NCBI RefSeq assembly: GCF_001194135.2
Contig: NC_068992.1
Location: 2,685,260-2,738,068 of the forward strand
From: Octopus bimaculoides
Lineage: Eukaryota
DNA: 52,809 nt
Reading direction: 5' to 3'
Shown here: one piece after another, positions 12,421 through 23,247 of the stretch
Position numbering within the stretch: the stretch's first letter is position 1
How the letters are laid out: each line of letters begins with the position of its first letter
Position numbers and translations under genes: made by a program
Notes under the pieces: model-generated
Told to the model about the DNA's origin: nothing
What the model saw: the letters and a program-made list of their open reading frames with translations, nothing else
The model's database searches: none

Positions 12421-12835
12421 TGGATCTTGTGGAAGAGGTAGACCCAGGAAGATTTTGGATGAAGAAGTAAGAAAGGATCTTCAGACGTTGGGCCTCATAG
12501 AGGGGACTGAAACCCTTGGTGGCTTGCTGTGCTTGGGAAGATATATGAAGCGAAGTAGCATTGAGGTTGTTCTTGCACACAAGCATGTCCCCTGCATCTC
12601 TCTCCTCTGCTGAGTGTTCCTAATTGTGTGAGCTCATGGGTACCACATAAAAATTACCTGTACCAATTCCACATAAATGCACCCAGTACACTCTGTAAAG
12701 TGGTTGGTGTAAGGAAGGACATCCAGCCATAGAGACTATGCCAAAACAGACATGGAGTCAGAGCAGCTGGCCAGTTCCTGTCAAACCGTCCAACCCATGC
12801 CAGCATGCAAAATGGACATTAAATGGTGATGATGA
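12421..12835 (+). mobile_element. RTE LINE 3' end (ORF C-terminus + 3' UTR + (GAT)n tail)
   Basis: Translates GSCGRGRPRKILDEEVRKDLQTLGL (RTE GRGRPRKTW..V..DL motif), followed by GTGGTTGGTGTAAGGAAGG...GTCAAACCGTCCAACCCATGCCAGCATG...GATGATGA. Confidence 0.85.
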
Positions 12836-13534
12836 CGGTTATCATTATTATTATTATTATGCCTCTATTATATAGGATGTAATCACAATCTTTTAAGAAA
12901 GCAACCTATTTTAACATACAAAAGTAATTGGAGATGTATATATATATGTGTATGGTTTTGTGTACCTAAGGTAGTTTAAATTCTGCAGAAAGGAACATCT
13001 GTTCGAGAAAAAGGTCACAGACAATTCGACTTTTCCTGAAATTTTTAACTCCAGACAGAAAAATTAAGAATATTTATATACCACAAATCACTGCAACAGA
13101 CACTAAAAAATGTTACTGATTGGAAAAGTCATTCTTAAAGTAATTATGAAAATTAATAGTGTATTTTGAAAACAGAAATGTTTTCTGAGAAAATTAAAAA
13201 ATGTAAGAGTAAAATTTTATTTACATTCTATATTTATTTATTCTTATTTTTGGCCCATTTTTCTGAAATTCAGCTAAAACATTTATCTGGTTGTTTTGCT
13301 GCATTACTTCTGATGATTGATATTTCTTAATGAATTGAAGATTGTCTCCATGTTTCAAAAGTAATTCATTCAAAATATAGTGAATTGATAGGATTGTATT
13401 TATTTTAGGCATCTATAAACCTGAGCAAGGTTAGGCATGACTGCTTTCAATAAATAAATTTAACAGTCCACAACCATATCTCCCAAGAATTGTAGGGCAT
13501 AGGTGGGGGTGATTATTGAGTGTTAGAGTAAAGT

Positions 13535-13769
13535 TTAAGCCTTTCACATTTAAACTGGTTGTATCCACCCAAATATTCTACCTGTTTTATATTCAAATGG
13601 CCCAGATCTGGCCTCACACCTACCCCTCAATGTCAGTCTAAAAATAAACAATCTTGTCATCAAAATCTCAGTGCTACAAGAAGATGTATGATTAATTGAA
13701 AACATGTGAATAAACAAGCGTTACATTTGACAGAATAATCTAGATAGAATAATACTGGTAAAGGGTTAA
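13535..13769 (+). mobile_element. piggyBac-type MITE (TTAA-flanked)
   Basis: TTAA GCCTTTCACATTTAAACTGG ... GGTAAAGGG TTAA, a degenerate CCCTTTA/TAAAGGG inverted terminus. Internal sequence is shared with 28890-29001 and 50214-50326. Confidence 0.7.
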
Positions 13770-14239
13770 AAAGACAGAGATAAATGCTTTCTACGAACTT
13801 CTTAACTGACAAAAGAACCGACTATAAGCCATTGTTGACTGGATTATTTTCAAAAAGTGGGGAATCAATTATCAGTGCAATGTACCATTCGATGTTAAAC
13901 TTTGGCCTGAATAAACAAATGCAATCTGACTGGAGGAGCAGAAACAACAGCGTTCGCCATTAAACATATTGAGAATAATGTCTATAGTTTCTACAAAAGA
14001 GATGATGGATAACACCAATATGATTTATGTTATGGAACAAAACGATACAACACACTGCGTCAGGAATGTAACATTAGATCACGTGAATGCGTGGAGATAC
14101 AATGACATAGCAAAGTTGCTTTACACACACACATGGCCTTTTGATTTCAATGTTTGAGAGGGGAAAGCTCAGTGGTACTAATGTACCCATGGGAAGTAGA
14201 CTCCTACTTAGCATATATGATGTACTGATAATCACTTTT

Positions 14240-14549
14240 TGGTTTCAAATTTTGGCACAAGGCCAGCAATCTTGCGGGAGGAGTTAAGTCAATTACACCA
14301 ACCCCAGTGTTCAACTGGTACTTATTTCATTCTTTTCTACTCTAGGCACAAGGCCCAAAATTTTTGGAGAGGGGGCCAGTCAATTAGATCGACCCCAGTA
14401 CACAACTGGTACTTATTTTATTGACACCTCCAAAAGAATGAAAGGCAAAGTTGACCTCAGCTGAATTTGAACTCAGAACGTAAAGACTGATGAAATGCAG
14501 ATAACCATTTTGTCTGGTGCATAAACGATTCTGCCAGCACGTTGCCTTA
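14240..14549 (-). mobile_element. SINE group A, full copy plus an adjacent 3' fragment of a second copy
   Basis: Fragment at 14240-14330 and full copy at 14332-14549, with different tail variants. Confidence 0.85.
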
Positions 14550-14577
14550 CCAATAATCAATATATTAACACTAAATT

Positions 14578-14954
14578 GTGGAGGCGCAATGGCCCAGTGG
14601 TTAGGACAGCAGACTCACAGTCGTAGGATCACGGTTTCGATTCCCAGACCGGGTGTTGTGAGTGTTTATCGAAAATACCTAAATCTCCATGAGGCTCCGG
14701 GAGAGGGTGGTGGTGAACCCTGCAGTAATCTTTCACCACAACTTTCTCTCACTCTTTCTTTCTGTTTCTGTTGTACCGGTATTTCAAAGGGCCACCCTTG
14801 TCACACATTGGGTCACGCTGAATCTCCCCGAGAACTTCATTAAGAGTACATGTGTCTGTGGAGTGTTCAACCACTTACACGTTAACTTCACGAGCAGGCT
14901 GTTCCTTGATCAGATCAACTAGGACCCACATTGTCATAACCGACAGAGTGCCAT
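14578..14954 (+). mobile_element. SINE with a different tRNA head and body but the group B 3' half
   Basis: Head GGAGGCGCAATGGCCCAGTGGTTAGG...GGTTTCGATTCCC. From ~14775 (GTATTTCAAAGGGCC) it matches 50695-50876. Confidence 0.8.
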
Positions 14955-15326
14955 GGTGAATAGTAAATTAGTCTAATGTCACTTAGAAGTGAGTTGAGAA
15001 GCTAAAGAATTAAACTAACCTTGATGCTGAATTTAAGATATGTTAAAATAGTTAAGGAATAAATCTATCATCTCATTTGTAATTGGCACAGGTGGATTGG
15101 TTGACAATCACTTCTGTAAAGATATTTTAGATTAATTATAAGAATAGATATTTACAGAAAATGGTGATACTGCATTCTGTAAAAATGATTGGACATTTCT
15201 ATATCAATTTATTAATCTCAATGATGTTCTTTAAGACACATTTGTTATCGTTGATATAAGAAAATTCTTGCTATAATAATGAAGAAGAAGAATACAATGG
15301 ATATGTGGGTGGTTGATGTCAAGTGT

Positions 15327-15785
15327 TATAGAACTGGAATAATGAAATGGATAACAGAGAAACTCACAAGAGGAAAAACTAATTATACATGGAGTGTTTT
15401 ATCCAAAGGTGAATGTCAATTGTTTGTATAAGAGTTGGAATTTTTGGGGTGGGGGTGGGCAGGATTTATTAACATTTCAAATTGTGTTGCTGGAGAGCAA
15501 AGTTCAGGAAATGACCACCTTATAAATATTGAAAGAGAACTTCTTAAACCTGCTACTACAGAAGTAGGGCTTGTGTTGAATAGAAGCTAGCATAACGAAA
15601 TCAGATAATTAGTAAAAGAAATGAAATGCTAGGAGAAATGGATTTACATAGGCAATTCTTGAGAGACACCAAGAACGTGAAAGATCTTGACTCACCATGG
15701 GAGAGTGGCTCAAGGCTGGAAATTTAAATAGAGAAATGGAGAGTTTGTTGATGACTGTTCAAGATGAAACTCTAATCACTAACTC
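15327..15785 (+). pseudogene. Decayed R4/Dong-like (RLE-type) non-LTR retrotransposon C-terminal fragment
   Basis: Frameshifted translation gives YRTGIMKW, KLIIHGVFYPKVNVNCLY...GGG, LHRQFLRD and EWLKAGNLNREMESLLMTVQDETL. These resemble the HG.FHPKSDVDRLY..R..GGRGL and HGQF.R / WL..G.L..ETE.L..AAQDQAL motifs of that clade. Confidence 0.65.
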
Positions 15786-16225
15786 ATTGACTGATGATTA
15801 TTTATTTCAACACTTCTATGAACAACTACCACCTCCATAATCAATGAGGTGGAAACATTGACTCAGTAAAAACACAAGAATAAAGAATACAAGAAAACAA
15901 GACTAAAAATATAGACATAACAAAAAGAGAAAATAGTGTTGACCAGGACTGTATATGTATTGAGGATATTATCAATTTAAATACCTTGTTTTGTTTATGG
16001 CCTTGTAGCGACAATTGAAAGCCAATGATTGTTAAATGTGCCTATTAGCGAATTTTGCCCTAAGTATCAGGGTGACACTCAGCAAGATATGTGAAAAAAA
16101 GCAGAATTCAAAGGGATAATAATAAAATTCTGCCAAACCTGGGTCAATTCAATAATAATAATAATGTCGATAATTGTAATAATAATAATGTTATAAACAA
16201 CAACAATTATAATAGTAATACTAAT

Positions 16226-16364
16226 CCTTTCTACTGGAAGCACAAGGCCTCAGATCTGGAGGAAGGGATTAAGACAAGTACATTGATCCCAGTGTGTAAC
16301 TGGTACTTATTTAATCGATCCCGGAAGGATGAAAGCAAAGTCGACCTTGGTAGTATTTGAAACT
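16226..16364 (-). mobile_element. SINE group A, 5'-truncated
   Basis: ACTGGTACTTATTTAATCGATCCCGGAAGGATGAAAGCAAAGTCGACC. Confidence 0.8.
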
Positions 16365-16609
16365 ACATAATAATAATAGTAATATTAATAGCTCTTCCTT
16401 TAAGCAGAAAGCAAACAAATTTGAAAGAAAGTGTTGGTCAATACCGTCCACCTCAGCACTTTAGTGGTACTTCATATANNNNNNNNNNNNNNNNNNNNNN
16501 NNNNNNNNNNNNNNNNNNNNNNNNNNNNNNNNNNNNNNNNNNNNNNNNNNNNNNNNNNNNNNNNNNNNNNNNNNNNNNNNNNNNNNNNNNNNNNNNNNNN
16601 NNNNNNNNN

Positions 16610-16668
16610 GGGACTGAACCCGGAACCATGTGGTTGTTAAGCAAACTACTTACCACACAGCCACTCCA
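16610..16668 (-). mobile_element. SINE group C head adjoining a gap
   Basis: GGACTGAACCCGGAACCATGTGGTTG...CTTACCACACAGCCAC. Confidence 0.75.
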
Positions 16669-16740
16669 GCACATTGAAATTTCTATAATACACCTGTTTC
16701 TGACAAAAGTACCACCCCATCAAACATCAACGCTGTACAC

Positions 16741-16773
<33 letters not shown>

Positions 16774-18039
16774 TGCGCATGCACATACATACATGCATGT
16801 GCACACACAGACGTGCACACACACACACACATCATGGTAATGTGAATGTCAGGATAAACCAATTCAAACATCCTCTATACAACCATCTCTATCTTTAAAA
16901 CTAAGAATCAAACAATATTTGCAGTCTTTCTGTAAATGAAAACTTGCACATAGTTTTTGAAACAGGAAATTAAATAAATCAGTAGGTGAGGTTTTAGCAT
17001 TGCCAGAGTCTTCTTAGAATGTATATCATTTATCTGCTAATTGATAATCTCGGCTGTTGCTTTGAGGAATGTGCCACTTGATTAACTTAGCTGCATTAAC
17101 CATTACTAATGTGCATCGACTTTGACTTTACAAAGAGCAGCAGCGATTGAGTGATTAATCAAATTATTCAATTTGAATTTCAACTGGAAAATTTTACTGA
17201 TTTAACCAGAAAAAAAGAATTACTTTAATAGACAAAGAGGAATTTACTAAGTCTTGGCACTCAAAATGGCAATTACGCAAAACAAGACAAAGATATTTTA
17301 TTCATTTATACATTTATAGAGTAACAGCTTATTTTAAACAACCCAGCTGAAATTGAGGCCAACGAAAGGGATCAATTCAGCTTAATTTATTCTAATTATT
17401 AAGGAAACAAGACCACATTAATAACACTTTATAATCTATATATTTGTCTAACATAGATAATAAATAGAGCTAAGGTTGTCCAATCATGAGAAGAAATCAA
17501 ACAAACTGGACCATCAGTTTGTTTCTCTGTTTTGCTCTGTTTAAATGATTAGACTCGTATATAAAGCCAATACTGGACAAGATGTAAGAGCTGACTTTGT
17601 AAAACATAATGTTTATAATGTTATAGTGAGCACAACACGGAGTTGAAAATCATTAAAAATTGCTTTGGGGATGGTTAGTAGGGAGACGTTCTAGCGAGTG
17701 TCATTGCTAGATATTGGCTACAAAAATTATTTCGTAATTTGATATGTATCTGACACAACAAGTTTCTGTAGTATTTTTTATATTTTTAATTTTTCACCTG
17801 AATTTATTTTATATTTTTGACCATCAGATAATGAGAATTTATTAACTTAACATGAATACAGTAACATCTTATTAGGGAAATTCATGGACGGTTTATTGAC
17901 AAGATTTAGATTTTTAACACCTTCACCCCAACCAAACTATTTGGGATCTTAAAAACAAATTGGAATTGTATTTAAGTGAATGAATATATTTTTTAAATTG
18001 ACATTGTTCTACGTCATCTCTCTCTCTCTCTCTCTCTCT

Positions 18040-18071
<32 letters not shown>

Positions 18072-18118
18072 CATACATACGTACATACATACATACATAC
18101 ATACATACGTACATACAT

Positions 18119-18161
<43 letters not shown>

Positions 18162-19280
18162 CACACATATATGTATATAGGTAGGTTTCTATTTGCATGT
18201 ATGTATCTAAGACATTGTATCCATTCACCGTTAGACGGTGGTGAGAGGGCATATATATATATTTATATATACATACACACACACATATATACACACATAT
18301 ATACACACACACACATATATATACATACACACACATATATACATACACACACACACACATATATATAAAACATTAATGTTAAAACTAAGATATGTTCATT
18401 GCTTGACATTGCTTTCTCAACTATATTTGGGAGAAATTATCCCACATGATTTTTTTTTAATCTCTCCTGTAGATAGTGATGAAGTTAAAGATTTTTAGGA
18501 CATTTAAACTGATGATGTTCCCATCTCTGAAGAGTTTTGCTGATTCAAAAATGTAAATAAAAAGAAAAGGCTTTTATATTAAATCAACGCTAAGTTGAAG
18601 AATTGGTTTGCCAAGACTTAGCAACTCTATACACAAATATATATAAATATCTGAAATAATAACACAAACACTGTTTATGGCAGAAAACATACAGAATTTA
18701 TTTGCCTTTACTATGGGTAGTTGCCATGGATGCGATATGAATTATTGCAACCAAGAATTGAAACAGTGTAGTATATTCAACTAATTGGATGTTTGCCTTC
18801 TTCAAAATGAAGTAGATACACTTATATTTCTTAAAGTCAGTTGTTTATCATTTTCAAATGAATTATTCATCTTTACTGAATGTTTGTTTATTGAAATTAC
18901 TTTTACCAGAAGACAGATGTTAAGCACAAATTTGTTGCCAATACAGACACATTTAAAGTAGTTCTAAATAACTTGAATGAGTTTTAAATTTAGTCTCACA
19001 AAGTTAATAAATGAAGTGATTAGATATCATATGTATAGCTTAGACAATAGTCTAATGAAGATTAACTATTTATTAATTTAACAACGATGAAAGCAGTCCA
19101 ACAGATATTAAATATTACCTGAATGTTGCTTAATTAAAGTTAATTTCTTCACATTGGCAACCATGAACACCTGTTGGTTTTCCAAACCAATGGTATATTT
19201 AATTAAAGCCACTGAAGCTAAATTGGCAATGAATATCCTTGGTGAGTTCTATACATTGCTTAGTGTGCTTGCAAACAGAC

Positions 19281-19372
<92 letters not shown>

Positions 19373-19784
19373 TATAGATAGATATATACATATATATGTA
19401 TATTTATATATGTATATGTGTATATGTATGTATATGTATATACATATGTATGTATATATATATATGTATATACATATACACATAAACACATACACACTCA
19501 GATTGTCTAGAAAAGCTAATCGAGTATGTTTATATGAAATCAAAACTTTAATTCATTTGGTACAAAGAATCGAGGGCAACATTACAAAGACGTCTGTGAA
19601 GAAAACCAGTTTAGTGCTCTGCGTTCTGACTGAAAGCCAAAGTGAAAACCAAATATTGATAAAGCAAACATCATTATTTTAATTATATGATATTTGAGTC
19701 AGTGAAATCAATTGCATTATCTATTATTATTGCTATTATTACAATAATTATTATTATTATATGAAGATATGAAAGCAGGACCAT

Positions 19785-20237
19785 TAACACACTGGGTGAA
19801 ATACTTAGCGGTATTTTGTCTGCCGCTACATGTTAAGTTCAAATTTTGCCCAGGTCGACTTTGCTTTTCATCCTTTCGAGGTCAATAAATTAAGTACCAG
19901 TTGCATACTGGGGTCAATCTGATCAACTAGGCCCCTCCCCAAAAATGTCAGGCCTTGTACCTATAGTAGAAAGGATTATTATTATCATCATTATTATTAT
20001 TATTATTTGAAGATGTGAAGGCGGTGAGTTGGCAGACCCATGAGCACACTGGGTGAAATGCTTAGCGGTATTTTGTCTGCCGCTACATTTTAAGTTCAAA
20101 TTCCACCGAGGTCGACATTGCCTTTTGTCCTTTCTGAGTTGATAAATTAAGTACCAGTGAAACACTGGGGTCGATGTAATCAACTAGTCCCCTCCTCCAA
20201 AAATACAGGCCTTGTGCCTTTAATAGAAAGGATTATT
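19785..20237 (+). mobile_element. Two tandem SINE group A copies (19785-19976 and 20019-20237)
   Basis: Both carry the core and tail and are separated by (ATT)n. Confidence 0.85.
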
Positions 20238-20954
20238 ATGTGATGTTGTCTTTGAGATTTTTCCCATCAGAACATGTTTTATTTCAAACATTACCAAATG
20301 AAATTTTCGTTGAAGTATTTACAAAAATACCTGCAAATGCCTGAGGAAATTCTCTACTCCATACCCAGACTTAGAAAACATTAAAAAAAAATGAGGTTTT
20401 TTTCACAAACTTTAGAAATTTTATTTACACACATACATAGCATTTTCACATCCAAAATGGCGACAATAACTAAATAAAAGGAAAAAAACACAAAATCAGA
20501 ATACAGAATTAAATGAACAAGAAGAAGAAGAAAATGAACTGTATAGTCAACACTTGAAAGAAAAAGACATACCTGATATTCAAAAAAGTAATTTCGTAAG
20601 CAGCAATTGTAATAACAATAACAATAACAACACTTAAATGATTCAAGATATTTCTATCCATTTACATTGAAATTGTGTGAAGACAAATGAGGGAACAGAT
20701 GGAATTTTTAGATCTACCACAATTGTAAGAAAAAAAAAGAATATAGAAAGGAGAATTCTGTATGATCCAACTACATTTCTTTGTCATGAGAGAAAATCCA
20801 GCAGAGGACAAAGAGAAACGTTATTTACCTCCCTTCTATGAAAAGCCCTGATAGGATTAAATTTTTCTTTCACCTCAACTAGGACAGCAAGCCCTCCATG
20901 AGAAGATATTTCATTTGGAAAGGGGAAAAGTTTTGCTATCATCTACAGCACCTG

Positions 20955-21167
20955 TAAGCGGTGAACAGGTAGAATCGTTAGCATCCCGGGCAAAGTGTTT
21001 AGCAGCATTTCATGCTTTTGCGCATTCTGAGTTCAAATTCTGCTGAGGTTGACTTCGCCTTTCATCCTTTTGGGGTCAATAAAATAAGTATCAGTTGAGC
21101 AGTGAGGTCGATGTAACCAACTTAGCGCCTTTTCCAAAACTGCTGGCCTTGTACCAAAATTCAAAAC
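20955..21167 (+). mobile_element. SINE group A
   Basis: GCGGTGAACAGGTAGAATCGTTAGCA...GAGTTCAAATT...CCTTTCATCCTTTTGGGGTCAATAAAATAAGTATCAG...GGCCTTGTACCAAAATTCAAAACC. Confidence 0.85.
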
Positions 21168-21397
21168 CCTTTTTTTCTGCACCTTTAAAACAGAAAATGC
21201 AGTCAAACACACGGGCTGAGATTGTCTGATATCCTGCTGACTAAACATTTGTGACCAAATACATCAGTCAGAGAAATATAAGAGTCATAATAAGAAATAT
21301 GGTACTGAATGGTTAGTAGTGATTTTTGCTTTACAACTCAGCTTGCAAAGACCTGTTGGGGCAAGTAAAATTGGAATTGTAATTGAACCAAATTTGA

Positions 21398-21858
21398 TGA
21401 CTGGCACCTGTTCCAGTGGAACGCTAAAAGCACCGTCCAAGCGTGATCATTGCCAGAGCAGCCGTCTGGCTTCCGTGCCAGTGGCACGTAAATAGCACCA
21501 TTTGAGCATGGCCATTACCAGCGTCTCCTTACTGGCACTTGTGTCAGTGGCACATAAACAAAACATTCGAGTGAGGTCGTTGCCAGTGCCGCTGGACTGA
21601 CTCCTGTGCAGGTGGCACGTAAAATGCACCATTTTGAGCGTGGCCTTTGCCAGTACCACCTGACTGGCCCTCATGCCGGTGGCATGTAAAAGCACCCACT
21701 ACACTCTCGGAGTGGTTGGCATTAGGAAGGGCATCCAGCTGTAGAAACTCTGCCAAATCAGATTGGAGCCTAGTGTAGCTATCTGGTTCACCAGTCCTCA
21801 GTCAAATCGTCCAACCCATGCTAGCATGGAAAGTGGACGTTAAACGATGATGATGATG
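21398..21858 (+). mobile_element. RTE-type 3' UTR with five ~66-bp tandem units and (GAT)n tail
   Basis: Units begin at 21410, 21475, 21541, 21606 and 21673. The tail matches 12700-12835 (GGTTGGCATTAGGAAGGGCATCCAGCTGTAGAAAC...CCAACCCATGC...GATGATGATG). Confidence 0.8.
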
Positions 21859-23189
21859 AGAGAGTGGTCAAAGCACAATAAACAAAAAAGTGACCAGTGG
21901 TCGGGAATCATCAAAACGGACTGGCAAGTCCTAATGACTCCCATGGAGCTAAACTGTGCTCAGTAGAAGGCACAGAAAAGGTGCAGAGCTAAAGAGCACA
22001 GGATTAGTTATACAGGTTATATAGGATAGAAAAACTAGTTCTTACATTTGTAGGGGTAAAATACACTTCATGAGTGTTGAATACCTGACAAAACAGAGAA
22101 GATTAATCAACAAAAAGAAAACCAATGAAAAGCAGAGGCATGAATAACAGCAAAAACTAGTTTCAAAAGCTTTTGAGACAACAAAGTAAATATCAGAAAT
22201 AAATTAACAATTGCATCATACCTTAAGAATACCAATCTATAGAGACACACCTTCATCATTTGGTGAAGTGTAAATAATAATTACAAATGAAATTTCTAAA
22301 AGTGTGGTGAAAATACATAAGGAAAAAAGGAAAAACACATTAAAAACGAAGAATCAGCAGAAAATGGTAAAAATAGATGAGAAACAATTTCTTTAAACCA
22401 CAAAAATCCCTCCCCTGGAAAATAACTAAGAAAATGAAGAAAACAAAAAGGAACTAAGCTCCAACATTCTTTGGAAAACAAAGTGATCTAAACTCCACCA
22501 TTCTTTGAAAAGCAAAGATAAAGTTAATAAACAAAATTACACATATCTGGTGCCATTGAATCTCTGAATAAGTTAGAATGACACAAAGACAATTAAATTT
22601 AGAATATAAACAACATGCAAAAGATAGATTACCAGTAAAATTAGAATTTAGACATAATACCAAGCTTTAAAGAAAATACTCTCAAGTTGTTTTTCAACAA
22701 CAAATGTCTTAAAGAATGCTTACTGGTGCATTTAGTTGCACTCTAACACATTTTGGAAAATAGTTAATCAACTAGGATTGTGAAGTAGCCAGATTTAACC
22801 AGGCCAGAAATTATATTTTATTTTCTTTAAATTATTGTATTTTATTGTTCTTTTATTTATTTTCATGTGTATATGTCTATATGCTTGCATATATGTGTGT
22901 ATCTGTGCCTGCAAGTGTGTATATGTGTGCATGTATATATATATTGTTGCTATCTATGGAAATCCTTACAACCACATGCTTCGTTTGTCTGACACAGAGC
23001 CAAATACTTGAAACTGATGCCATAATCTTGTCAGCATTTTCTCCCTTTACCTTTCATTTATGACAGGAGTTGCTCATTCTATACCTGATATTCTTGCTTT
23101 TATTATTGTTCTTCTGATTATTATTGTTCTTCTGATTATTATTGTTATTATTATTATTATTTTATGTTTGACTTTTGCTAGTCTCCTCT

Positions 23190-23247
23190 CACCCAGAACC
23201 ATGTGGTTGGGAAGCAAGCTTCTTACCACACAGCCACGCCTGCACCT
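23190..23247 (-). mobile_element. SINE group C head only
   Basis: CCCAGAACCATGTGGTTGGGAAGCAAGCTTCTTACCACACAGCCACGCCTGCACC. Confidence 0.8.

Noticed and set aside
19140-19241. Possible 102-nt phase 1-1 exon ending at CTTG|GTGAGT
   Set aside because: Good donor but a poor acceptor (TAATTAAAG), and the peptide is unrecognisable.
20452-20464. YY1-like / Kozak-like CCAAAATGGCGAC
   Set aside because: Isolated motif. The ATG frame closes after 6 codons and there is no other promoter evidence.
21410-21700. Regularly spaced repeats with hairpins, superficially CRISPR-like
   Set aside because: Eukaryotic context, spacers homologous to each other, no cas genes, and it is part of a retroelement UTR.
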